Below are positions 12,359 to 25,000 of a stretch of 64,000 nucleotides of DNA, piece by piece; the stretch's first letter is position 1; each line of letters begins with the position of its first letter. The position numbers were made by a program, and so were the translations under genes. The DNA lies in the NCBI GenBank assembly GCA_001179505.1, contig CDMY01000432.1, positions 1 to 64,000 of the forward strand. The letters run 5' to 3'. The notes beneath the pieces were generated by a model that saw only the letters and a program-made list of their open reading frames with translations, was not told where the DNA came from and did no database searches. The stretch is from Vitrella brassicaformis CCMP3155. Taxonomy: Eukaryota; Protista; Chromerida.

Positions 12359-12573
12359 GTGGAAGGTGTCAGGGGATGGATGAATGGATGGATGGGGGCA
12401 TTCATAGTGCGGGCAGCAACTCATGGCATGGCGGGATAGTGTGTCTGAATGGCGAAGGGAGTTCATACAACCGTCTCCGCCTGTTCATTTGAACAGATGA
12501 CGGGCTGGGATGATGTGATGACGGTCTTGTATATATTTACCTCGTGTGCATCGCTGAATGTAATGGACTCTTC

Positions 12574-13619
12574 ACGCGACCAATAACTGAAGTCACTCGT
12601 GTCGGTGGAATCATCAACACACACATACTTCACACACGTACGCGCCCCGAGTCAGATGGACAGTTTGGCTACAGTACCCCTTTCCCCGTCCCTCTATCCG
12701 TCACGCTTGCCAGCCCGCCGTCACCCTCCCTCGCTCATGTCAGCTTGTATGCCTCTAACTCACTGACGTCAAAGTGCCATCCCTTCACTGAGACAGGCAG
12801 GAACACTCGGTCATCCTCATCGCCCCAGTAGTGGTCGCTCGGCTTGAAACTCAGCCGCTCCCACTGGCGCCACTCGTCGGGCTGGTCGTCCTCCAGGATG
12901 GTTCCCTGGCACCGTTTCATGCTCTCGTCAGCTGCCGCTGCTGGTGCGCCGATCACCTGGGCAGCCGGACGGATACCGAAGTCGAGGCATGCCGTGTTGA
13001 GGACGGCCATCACATCAGAGTCGGGCGAAGAGTAATCGATGAGCTCGGTGACTTTCTCCTGCGCACATGGATGGAAGAGAGACCATGATCAGGACTGCCT
13101 GGCTCTTTCTGGTGAATACCCACCTGTGTGCCCGCGATGTCCATCTTGTCCCAGCCGATGTAGCCCACGTATGGGTGGCTGTCTTTCCCCCGCAGCTTGA
13201 AGGCGAAGGACACCGTGTCGCTGCGGCTGTTGGCCGTGCCGGTGACCTCGATGGGCCCCTCGATGATGATGGCGAACAGCTCATTGCTGTCGGCCACTTT
13301 GGAGATGAGCAGCAGGGAAGAGTGGCCCTTGACGGCATCGAAGAAATCCAACCACTTCCAACCATCCACAGTCGCCCTGCCACGACACACACACACATCA
13401 AGACACAGAGGCATGATGAGAGAGTGCCGTCATGCTCACATCTGTCTGGCCTGCCCTTCTCACTTGTATACGTAGACGACCGGCTCGCCCACACACGGGG
13501 GAATGCTGGCGGGGGCGTCCTCCTCGCCCTCACACCACTGCCGCATCTTGTGCAGGTGCTCGGTGGTCAGCAGGCCATCTGCGGGGCCCAAATAGCGATC
13601 GCTATCCAAACCGTACCTG
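12574..13619. repeat. Segmental duplicate, copy B (pairs with 4740-5771)
   Basis: Direct alignment by eye with copy A. Confidence 0.95.
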
Positions 13620-15082
13620 CAGCCAGGCCAGGGGACCGCACGAGGATGCACACATGCGCAGGGCTCCATGTCGGTTTGCTTACATGTTCAACGCATTCCG
13701 GAAGGCCTTGTCATTGGTGTCGCCCCGGGAGCTCTGCACGTCCTCGGCCGTGATGTCCGTGCCCCTGACGTACGCCCGCGTGACGATGTCGGCGACGCGC
13801 CGCACGTAGTCCACCGGTACCGTCATCACAGAGGGGTCATACCTGACACACACATTCGTGGCAGGGATGGCTATGTGTGCTCTGGCCATTGGGTTGTCAT
13901 TGTGTGTACTTGATGAATCGATTTGCGAAGGTCGAGTCGTCGCCCAGTGACTTTGCCACGGCCATGGTGATGGTCACTGTCGTACCAAACACGTCAATCG
14001 ACACCAACTGAACACACATACGCACACACACACACACATGGATCCACCCACTGGCCACGAGCCCTCTCTCTATGCTGTGTTGTATAAGGTTACCGCATCG
14101 TCGGCCTGGTAGCCCGATTTGAGTAGTAGTTTGATGGCCGTGAGCCTCTGGTGCTCGCACGTCTTCTCCGCCATGGCCTTGCGAATGATCTCGGGCAGCT
14201 GGGCCGCCACAGACTCGGGGTCGACGTCCGGCTGCTCATTCTCACCCTCACCCTGCCCGTCGTGCTGCTGCTGATGTGGGTTGTCCTGCGTGATGGGCGG
14301 GATGCAGACGTGCATCGCGCGGCGTTTTCGTGAGGGATTGGCCGTCAGGTACTCCACCCAGTAGCTGCACCAGCACCATACACACAGATGGATGGATAAC
14401 ACAATGCGCCAATGGCATGCGTGTCGGTGCATACGCACCTGAATGTGGCATCGTTCTGTTTGGTGTCGGGCAGCGTGATGTCGTCCACATCCCCAACCTC
14501 GTACAAAGCTAACTCGCCGATGAGCCTGAAGGACACACACACAGACGGTGGACAGTTGCCCTGTCCTGATTGCCGGCCGGGCTGACCACTGGAAGGCCAG
14601 GGGGGCGAAGGGAAAGAAATAGCGCTCATTGGCGTCCTTGATCATCGCCTCGTCAAACCGCCCACCACACAGAGTGGCCAACACGCTACCTCGCAGCACA
14701 CACAGGGTGGAACGGCGCGCCTTCATGTAGACGCCGCAGACGTTGAAGTGCAGCTCCTGACGCATCAGCTGCACCTGCACCATCCACACGCACAGATCAG
14801 GTCCCACTGCATGACATCCCTCATCCATTTCATTTGGCGCGCCTTACCGTGGGCACAATCTCTCCTGGGAGGCCTCCCAGGGCCTGCTCACGCTGCTTGA
14901 TGTCGGCCAGCGTCTGGTTGAGTGCGTCCTGGATGATCTCCATCTGCTCCTTGCCCATCTGCAGCCAGGTGCGGACGTCGTTGTCCTCATCTAAGGCCGA
15001 CGGGCACCACTTCCTCTTGCCACCACCGGCCGGTGCGGCAGCTGCTGCCGCACCGTGCGGCTGCTGCCGCACCGTCAGACAT
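12735..15082 (-). pseudogene. BTB/POZ + TLDc-like paralog 2; 19-bp duplication frameshifts it just after the ATG (pseudogene or N-truncated)
   Basis: Same exon order as paralog 1 (LHFNVCGVYMKARRSTLCVLRGSVLATLCGGRFD...WHFDVSELEAYKLT*). ATG 15082 is out of frame with the homologous GAAAAAAPAGGGKRK reading because acggtgcggcagcagc(cgc) is duplicated. Confidence 0.65.
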
Positions 15083-15117
15083 TTCGTCTGAGCTAATACA
15101 AACAGCAAACTGCCAAT

Positions 15118-17899
15118 ATGCGACGAAACGAAATATGCGATGGCCGTCGGGCTCGCAGCATCCCGGCCTCCCATCCCTCCCAAAGGCCTTTCCTTCGCCA
15201 AGCAGCCCACATGGTCCTGAAGCCGACGCCGCTGCATTTGATATCCTCTTCGCGCACAGATCTCATCAGGAAGGACAGCGAGGAGCGAAGCAGGTCCCGT
15301 GACAGCAGCGAGAGCACCGCGCTCCCGCCGCACCTGTGGACCTTCCTGCTGACGCTGCCATGCACCCTGGAATCGAGATGGCGGGCTGTCGGGTTGCAAT
15401 CGCAGTGGAAGTGGCTCCCCGGTGTGCGGCTGCGGTTTGCAGACGCGGCACTGGAGAGGGAGTACTGCATCAGGAAGCGGGCTGATGCGTGCGAGGCTGT
15501 CAAGACGTTGGGTGTGCTGGTGGCCGTGCTGGTGTCCATCGTGGCCTTCTCACTTATGTGCCCCCTGGGTGCGAGGGAGCGTGCGGATCTCTTCTGGCGC
15601 CGGCTGGCTGTGCCCTCTCTGTTCTCCCTGCTCGTGTTGGCGTATGCCGTCTTCCATCGGCCGCTCGTCTGGGCGTACCAGGTCTCATGCGGCAACAGCA
15701 AGGCCAGCATGCAGCCCCTCTCGCGTGCAGAGTTTTCCATCACATACGCTGTGTGCCTCGTCGTGGCGGCGGCTCTGCCGGTCCACCAGAAGCTATGGAC
15801 GGCGGCAGACGCAGCCTTTGCTGGTGGCGCTGTGGAGTATCAGAGTGCGGCCATTTTGGTGCTGCTTGTGGTGATACACAGGGGCGACTCTTTCCTGGCT
15901 GGCGTGTTGGTGGTGTGCCATCTTGTGGCGTATTATGCGATGAAGATGGTGGTCACGACGGACGATGAGTCAGACACGGGCAGCTCGTGTTTTCTGCCGA
16001 TGTTGGGGCTTGTTCTCATCGCCCTGTCGCGTCATGTGGAGCACGTCAGCCGAGCCTATCTCTTCTATGAAATGAAGGTGGATTGGCGGGGGGACGGATG
16101 GAGCGAATCGATTTTGCCTGGTGTTGTGTTGCGTCGGTCAGGCCAAGCATGAGAAGGACCATGGCCAGCGTGCGCTGCACATGTTTGCCAACATGGCCAA
16201 CGTCGCAGCGTGGTACGCCGTGGGTGTGAGGGGGTGAGGGAGTGACGGTGCGAGGGTTGCGACGACATCCTGTATCCCTTCATCTCTCTCTCTCTCTCTC
16301 TCTCTCTTTCGTGGCATCAGGCAGTGGGACCCGGCCGACAACAATTCCTACCACACGAGCGGCCTCGAGGCCCTCACCGCGCCCCCTCCTGTGGCCGAGG
16401 AGCCATCCCCCGCCCCAGCCGACAGCGCACCGCCCCCGCCCTCATCTGTCCCCTCCCTCCTACACACTGGGGACACATCCACAGTCAACGAGACCACCCT
16501 CAACACCCCTCGCGTGAGCGCACCGGGCAGCGAAGCAAATGCCAATGCCAATCCAAACCTGGCGGCAGCGAGCAAATCGGCCGCTGGCAGCGAGCAGGGC
16601 AGCAGGGGCATTCGCGTCTTTTTGCCCGTTATTGATAGCGACACTACGGCAGGGGACAAGCCACAGCCGCAGCATCAACAGCAGCAAGGAGAGGTCGTGT
16701 AGGACGAGCACAGTGGAGTGGTGGTGCGTGTGGCGGGGGAGGGGGAGGCTGAAGGATGCCGGGAGAGGCTGGCCGGCATGTGGACGCAGCAGTGCGTCGC
16801 TGAAGAGTAAGTGACGCCATACGGTGGGGGGCAGACGTGGCAGTTTCCGTATGTGTATACGTATTTTGTGGCTGTGCAGTCGTGTGTTGGTTGAGAATGC
16901 CATCCTCCAGTGCGCAGACAAGGGGGAACCATTCAAACTGGTGGTAAGACACACACACACACACACACACACCACACACACATGCAGCATCACCTCCTCT
17001 GTGTGCTTCCCTCTCAGGTCCGGTACGAGCGTGCCGACGGAAGCGTGCGTTGGCTCAGATGTGCCGGGGGCAAAACGTCCTCCGAGTCGACCGCTGTGTA
17101 CGGATCTATCGAGGTGAGAAGCACCAGTCCCTCCCGACAAGTCACAACTCTCCTCACTCTCTTTCTGCATGCCCACGTGTCTGTGCAGGACGTGACGGAC
17201 CGCAAGCGCACCCAGGCGATGCTCGAGCAGCGGGTCAGCCTGTGCGAGAGGGTCGTTGACGCCACGCTGGATGCGACCATGCTCATCAACACGTAGGACG
17301 AGGTGATCCTCGAGGCCTCGGCCATACTCAACGCATGGGCGGGACGACCACTGGAAGGTAGGTACATTTATCCTCCCTCCTGCACAGCGCCGTGTGTATA
17401 ACACTGTATGTGTCGGTGGTTGGGTGTCGCGAATCAGGCATCCCTCTGCCGTTGGTGTTGGACGCCTGGGCCATCAGTCGGCTGCAAGGCGGCGCCACGC
17501 TGGTCGGATCGGACGGCTTCAGTGTCAGCATCAGCCACCCTGTCAACGGCAAGGCGGACGAACTCAAGGTCAGAGCCACACACAGGGACAGACACACAGA
17601 CACAGAGGGCATCTCTTTCTCTCTCCCTCTGTCGGTATCTGCAGGCCAATCTGGTGGTCTTTGTCGACCCAGACGACCCTGCTCGCATCTTCCTCGGCCT
17701 GAAGCACATCCGCTGTGCGCAGCCGCCTTATCGCCGTCTGAAGAAGACCCTGGGATGGAGCAGCACCGGGGAGCACACACCCAGCACCACACGGCCGCCC
17801 ACATCCACCACACCGCGCCAGAGCAGGCGGTACAGCAAGAAGTCCGGCGGTGTGCTGGGGGCTTTCTGGGCGTGCCGGTCCGTCGACGGTTTTGTGTGA
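15118..17899 (+). CDS. About 6-TM membrane protein with PAS/PAC domains; interrupted by two in-frame TAG codons (16700, 17294); start 15118 or 15211
   Basis: Six hydrophobic segments in exon 1. Spliced AAWQWDP...MWTQQCVAEDRVLVENAILQC..VRYERADGSVRWLRCAG..VYGSIEDVTDRKR (PAS/PAC), then a second PAS-like start VVDATLDATMLINT*DEVILEASAILNAWAG. All introns are GT-AG and phase-compatible. Confidence 0.7.
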
Positions 17900-18984
17900 C
17901 AATGTGGTGTCGCGCGTATACGTACGCCTTGGCATGAGTGTGTGTGGATGATTGATTGATTGATTGATGTTGCGTTTCTCTGAGTGCGTATGTGCGGACC
18001 TCTGCACGTGTACTTGCTCTCGTGGAAGTTGACACGCCGGCTGTATTCTAAGTCGGCGTGTCACCCTCACCAGGAGCGGGCACACAATCAGAGGAGCCGC
18101 CAGTTAACTCGATGATTGTCGTCTTGTAAAGGGATCGAGGGTTACGTGCGTAAGGAAGGTCAAGGTACCGAATCTGACATTTGATGTCCGCTGTGAGTGG
18201 TAGCTAGGTGTCCTGTGTAGTGTGGGCAGAGACAGACAGGCAGGCAGGCTAAGGGAGTCTCCCTCCTTTAGCACGGCTAAAGCCTTTTTATGGCTGTCGA
18301 TGTCACATACATAATACATGTCACGAAACAAACAAGGCGGGGACGGCCCTTTTGGTCGATGCGTTTCCGGCTCCCAAAGATCCGCCCATCCATGGATGGC
18401 ATGGACGAACCTTTACACGTCGCTGTGCGTCTGTTTCCATGTCCCCCGTGTAGGTGCAAAGAAAGTGCAAATGCCTGTTGGTATCGATCGAGGCATATTT
18501 GTGCTGATCGATTGTTGTGTGTCCGTCCGTCTGCATGTCCATGTTTCGTATGCATGTAATGCTTAAATGCGTCTGGTGGGAGGGTGGGAGGGTGGGTGGG
18601 CGGGAGACAGGCGGGACGGCCCGTTTTGCGCCGATTTGATGTTCATGTTCGCACTAACGTTTTCGAATTTCGCCGGGCTGTCTGTGTGTGTGTGGTGTGT
18701 GTGGAATGTGAGTCATTTATTGCCTCTGGTTGGTGTACATGTCTGTCTATTCTTGCGACTATTGTCACGTAGTGAGTGCTGCCTGAGGACAGTGAGTGCA
18801 TGGAGGAGGATGGCTGGCTGCAGGGATTGATTGAGTGCTACGTGATCGAGGGCATGGGCTGTTGATCTTTTCTATATGGTGCTCTGACTGATGGAACCGC
18901 TGCGAAAGAAATTTCCGATTTATAAGTCACGACACACAATTCGCCTTCACACTATTCCTGGCACGAGCGACAAACCTCTTTGGA

Positions 18985-21863
18985 ATGAGCGACCTCCGCA
19001 ACAGCTTCGCTCAGGTAACAGGCATCATAGCCTCCTCGTTCAGTGTTGCTTGCTTGTTGCTGCTTCCCCATTCAGATGAGGCTGTCCGAGTGTGACGTGT
19101 GTGAGCTGGTTTTCGTTCAATCAGGCTCGAAGATCCCGATGCAGCCGGCGACGACCGGCGGCTGCTCGTCGCCAGGCAAAGGTTGATGAACTTCCAGTAC
19201 TTTCAGACGGTCAGCACAGCAAGGCCGTCAAATGATGCCTTCATCTCTCTGCGGTTTGTGCGACCGTCAACTTGACTGATCATTGGTTGGTCGACGTTGA
19301 CACAGTTCGTTTCATGAGAGACCGACAGACTCTGCCTGCCGTTGCGCTATGAGTTAACGTATGTCACATTGTGGACGGTGTGTGTGTCTGTGTGTGTCTG
19401 TGTGATTCATTTATTCATTCAGATGCTGTCGTTCGAGTTCAGTCGCCACCAGGATGTGGAGCAGCAGCCCAATCGCATCGTCATTGTGGATGTGGATCCG
19501 CGGCTGGCGGCCGTGGTTCTGCAGAGTGAGGCGGGGATGATCAGATCGCTCACCAAGGACAACTTCATCGACGCCCTCAAGACCTTGGAGTACTTCACCG
19601 GCGGCATCACTGAAGACACGTTGCGGCTCATCGTCACACAGGTCCGTCCGTGTGTGCGACTAACAGACAAGCGACCGTGTACGATATCCGATTCCGTGTT
19701 GTTTGCACACGTGTGTGCATGATGCAGATATTCAAGCCGAATACCTTCCTTGACGACAGTGAATGGGTGGCCGCCCTGGTCGACTCGTACGACCAGCCGC
19801 CCATCAGCCGCCTGCTGTGTCAATTGGCCGACACCCAGCTAGGGATGGTGCGGTCGGGGGGGCTGGCCGAGAGAGTGCTGGACAGCCCGGAGCAGCTGCA
19901 GCCCGTCTACAACAGGGTGCCGGAGGACGAGGGCAGACAGGCCGCCACCGCCCTGGTCAGCCACCTGACGCAACACATCTCGCTGGTGGAACCCTCCGCT
20001 GAACGGGTGGAGACATTCCTCACCATCGCCACCAAGTCACCCACACTCCAAGATGCATTGTGTACGTGACTGAGCAGATCTTTCCCACTTGTGCACTCGT
20101 ATGTGTGCCGTGCATGGAAATGCAGACAAGGTGTTTGCTGACCGCCACCACGCTCTGCACACCACCACGACGATTACGCCCTTCGACAGCGACGAACGAG
20201 CCGCCTGTGTGCCCTTCCGTGACGTCACGGCCATCCCGACCTTTCTGCGGGCTCGGCACGTCGCGTCGGGTGTGAAAGGGTGGCGGGACCGACCTGAGGG
20301 CACGGTGTGTCGGTGCACGGACAAGAATCGGTGTCGTTGTCGCCGCACCTTGCAAAAACTGGGCGGAGCCGGCTACCCAGACAGGAAGGTGGTGGACGTC
20401 GCCAGCTGGCAAGTCCTCGCGTCTCCGGGGTTGACATCATCATCCCCCGGAGGCGCACCATGCTTCTCAATCAGCGGCGCCTTCACCGTCGAGCCTCCGA
20501 AGGGGAACCAGGCGCCCGTCACGCTCCACACAGCCGCTCGTTTCGCCTCGTCAGTCGGTCTGCATCTGTCTGGCGTGGAGAACGTCGTCGCGGTCGAGGT
20601 GGACAATCTGGCGGTCGGCAAGCTGGTGGAGAGCGGGGCGGCGGACGCAGTGCTCAAAGACGTGCGGCTCACGCTGACCGTGGCGCGACACCCGTATGCC
20701 ACGCTTGCACTGCAGTACCTGGGCAGATGCATCAAGGATGAGAGGTGGGCGGCCGTTAACAAAATGGCAAGGTAGGTGTACCATCCATGACCCTCACGGC
20801 CACTGAAAAGTCAGCCATGCGTTTGCTCTCTCTCTCTCTCTCTCAGGTCGGTGGGTGGTGAGGTGCAAGTGGCGATCCTCGGGCACATGTGTCACATGGC
20901 TGTGGGCACCGTCGAGCGCCCGCTCGCCCTGCTGCTGCACTGGTGCGAGGGCATGAACGACATGACGCCGGGGATGTGTCACAAGGTCGCGTCGTCACAT
21001 TGCCTCACGAAGCATCCCTCGTCGACGGAGGAGGACGTCCGTGCATTCGTCAAGCATGTCATTCCCCTGATGGTCCAAGATCAGGCGCAGCAGGAGAAGG
21101 CGTATCGTGCCGTTGCGGCCAATCTGCTGCTGCCAACGGCGGCGATTCTCCGCCTGGTGACGGAGGCCAAGGTGAGCCGGTGGGTGGGCCGGTGAGGGAG
21201 GAAGGGGGGGAGAACGGGAAGTGGTGAACACGTGTGTGTGTGTGTGTGTGTGTTCAGGCCGACAGAGATCTCCTGCGATACAGCCGTCGGTCGGTGCAGC
21301 ACACAGAGAGAAAGACACACGGCCGAGCAACGAGGTGTGGTTGTCCTCCCATATGTGTGTTGTTGCCCTCAGTGAGTCGGCGGCCAAGGACGTAGAGATA
21401 GCACGGCTGAGGGCAGAGATTGCGAGGCTGAAAGCGGAGCTCGGACGGGCATCTCGCGATGGGTGAGCGATACACCAATACATCGAGTGCACGTCACCTC
21501 TGCTGGTCTTGTTCGTTCTGTTTGCAGGGTCGTCACCGAATCGTCCTCTTCAAACGCCCTAACATCCAACAGGGCGGGCGTCGATGATCGCCCAGCTCAC
21601 GTCGACAGGTGAGGCAACACACGACACCACACCGGCTCTTGCCCGTGAGCCAGTCCATCCACATGATCGTCATGTGTTGTCCGTTGTCTTGTCTGTCTGT
21701 CTGCAGCGGGTCCACTGCCTCGGCGGCGCCGTCTGCCTCAGCCGAGGGGCAGGATGGTACGAAAGAAGAGAGACCGGCGGATCTCCTGTATGTGGCGCAT
21801 GTCTCATTTTTGTGCCTGTCGATCTGTCTGTGGCCCTTCTTCAGGCGGTGTTGCTTCTCCTGA
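18985..21863 (+). CDS. BTB/POZ-domain protein with uncharacterised C-terminal region (ends approximate)
   Basis: Spliced RRLLVARQRLMNFQYFQT|MLSFEF..NRIVIVDVDP..SLTKDNFIDALKTLEYF resembles a BTB fold. Long downstream exons and a terminal coiled coil (DVEIARLRAEIARLKAEL). First exons uncertain. Confidence 0.55.
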
Positions 21864-22559
21864 GGTCTTCATATTCGGCCGACGCTACTGATTGGGTGAT
21901 GACGGGTGGACGGATGGATGAATGGCTGATCAATTGACTGACGTCTATCGCAATCGACAGGTCATATCTTGTGTACATATAAAGAGGATATATGGTGGAT
22001 GGATGGATGGATGGATTCACGGACTCGTGTATGCTGGTTGTACAGTCAACGCACGTGTCTAGATGGGTGGTGCGTGTGGGCGGTGAAATGTGTCTTGTTC
22101 CTAGTCTTTCGTGGCTCATGTTCGTTCATTCATTCATTCATTTGGCGTCGGTACACATGTACACACAGCCCACCGCCATCGATACATATCCACGTTTGTA
22201 TGAAATGAGACGTAGTATGTGGTCAACCTCACGGCCTCCCTCTCTAGACACGTCATGATCACATTACACCACACCGCACCGATGGATGCAGGCAGCCATG
22301 GCCATGTATGAATGAATGAACGAACCAACCCAGCCTCGATCGATTCATCGCTCCGACTCGACTGTAGCAGCCACAAATATGGAGCAGTCACGTCAGGTCT
22401 GGTACGGGACGCGTACATGCAATGATTGCAATGTATGTGTGTTTTCTTCGTGGAAAGGAAAACCACCCCGGCAGCTAGGGAGGGAAACAAACGATCGCTG
22501 AGCATGAGCATGTAAAGAAGCTAGCGTTATATAGAATCCCAGCAGAACCAGTGTCAAAA

Positions 22560-23301
22560 CAGAACCCCTTCCCTCCCCTCTCTCTGAACAGCGAATGTAT
22601 CCCTCAGACAGACAGACAGACAGGCAGACAGGCAGACAGGGAGGCAGGCAGTCAGGCGGCGTGGCAACAGTCGTTGGTCAGCCCCTTAGGTGTATGAATG
22701 AGCTTGCAAACAACAGCATCAGGACAACCCCTCTCGCTCCCTCTCGCCACCCCTCTCTTGAATATATCTCTCTCTCAGTCAGACAGTCTCTCTCTCCCTC
22801 TTATGTCCCTCGTGTGTGTTGAGACGTTGATAAATAAACTAGTGTGCTGATGCAGACAGGTGCAAACAGCTGTCGGTGAATGAAAACTCGTTTTACCTTC
22901 TGTACTGAGCAGCAGGGAGGGAGGGACTTCGGTAGTTGCTGACATCCACTCGGCTGGTCGAGCCACCCAGTCAGGCGAGCCAGGCGTCTGAACGCCCTTC
23001 CTCACACACAGACACACACACATACCTACCTAGGCAGGCTGGCAGGTAGATACGGACCCAGTCATGTCACTCATCCGTCTGCTCGACCCATGCACCCCAT
23101 GTACTCGTCCACTCATCCATACAGACGGACACACACTCACTCATGCAGACATTAAGGCATACAGGCATATGGGAGGCAATACAGGCAGGTATCAAGGCAG
23201 CCAGGCAGACAGCGCGGGGAAAACATCGATCACGCGGCGCGGGCCGGTGTGGAAAACCTGCAAGGCCCCCCGAGGCAAAACCAACCGTACCAGCCAGCCA
23301 T

Positions 23302-23340
<39 letters not shown>

Positions 23341-24920
23341 CAAACAGACCGAAAGCAACCAACACCCAGACAGACACACAGACAGAGAGACAGAAAGGCC
23401 AGCAGTGTCTCACCTCTTTTCACATTACCACCTCGTGTGTGTATGTGCGTATGTGTGTATGTGTCTATGTGTCTATGTGTGTATGTATGTATGTACATAA
23501 AAGTGACACGTACGTACCTTACGCACAAATACACCTTACACACACCGTGATACATACATACATACAGACAATGCGTACACACACACACACGCAGTACATT
23601 CATTCATCCAGACAGGCATACGAGGGGAGTTCTGTTGTCGTCGCAGTCAGTCGATAAAGGAGACACCAAAGGCTGGCCGACTCAGTGGCTGGCAGGCAGG
23701 CAGGCAGGCAAACAGGCTGGGAGAGGCTCCTTTCGGCAACTCCCCCATACACACACACATCCACTCTTGACACGGGAACGCAAAGCGACCAAGAGAGCTC
23801 TGTGTCAAACCACACACACGCACACCACACAAACCATACACCACACACACCATACCACAGACGAGAACAGTACACACACCACACTCACTGGACGGGCAGA
23901 CAAGCGAGAAAAGGCTCTCTGGTCGAGAAAAATGAGTTGCCCACGGCGCGGTCGACCGTCAGCCAGCTACAGCAGGCAGGCACGGCGCGTGGGGGCACTG
24001 CAGCGTGTGCGCGTGGATGGATGGGTGCAATGATGAGTGGATGAGAGGCACACCAGCCGGCCCGCATATTCATTTGCCTGTGTACCTGGCTGACCGTCTT
24101 GCCGCGCTTCTCAGAAACGAGTTGCGATACGGCCAGACGGAGAACAGACGGACAGACCTAGCAGACAGACAGACCTCAGAAAGGCAGACATGCAGACAGA
24201 GTTAGTAGAATAGGTAGGTAGGTCGATAGGGACACGTAAACGCGCCCACCGAGAGAGAAAGCAGGCGTACATACGTACATACAGAGAGTATGGCCGTTGT
24301 GTACTGCGTGTCGTTGTGCATGCATTATGTATTTATGTATGTATGCATGTATGTATGTATGCATGTGTATGCATGTATATACATACACGCAATCAATCTT
24401 GTCTTGTGGTGTTGTGTGGTGTTATGTCATGGTGTGTGTAGTGTGGCATGGCATGGCATGGTGTGTGCACGCGAACGACACGCACGAGAGTATCATCCAC
24501 CCATCCACCCATTACTCCACAAACCACGTTCTTCATACATGTAAAGTATACATACGTATGCAGGCGGCTCAACGCACTGGGAACCGAGAGAGAAGAGGGC
24601 CGTCATTGACACACACACGGGCAGACAGACAGACAGACAGACAGACAGACAGGCGGACGGACGGACGGACGGACATACAGACTGCCCTCTCCCCTCCCCA
24701 CCCCTCCCCCCAACCTCATCCACCGCTCACCACCACCCGCCCCGCCCCACCCACCAGGGCGATAGGCGTGTGTGTGTGTGTGTGTGGCCGGTCCACGAGG
24801 TCGGGGCGAGGCGGAGCCGACTCGCTGCACTGATGCAAGAAACAGACGAGAAACGAGACAACTAAGAGCCACAAAGTAGAAAGCAGAGGTAGCAAGTAGT
24901 GCAACTCTCTCTCTCTCACT
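22560..24920. repeat. Intergenic region rich in microsatellites: (CA)n, (GA)n, (GACA)n, (TATG)n, (GGCA)n
   Basis: Directly visible, e.g. (CA)n(GA)n near 23302-23340 and (GACA)n/(GGAC)n near 24622-24672. No credible ORF. Confidence 0.9.
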
Positions 24921-25000
24921 CATCCATGGACTCTCACAGGTACACGTACACGTACGGCCGCCTCTCCCCTCTCTCTCTCTGTGTGTCCGTGTGGTGCTCT

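Noticed and set aside
18340-18630. Repeated ggcggg(g)acggccc(g/t)tttg motif (near 18340 and 18610) and a short hairpin near 18470
   Set aside because: Too short and degenerate to support a MITE or ncRNA call.
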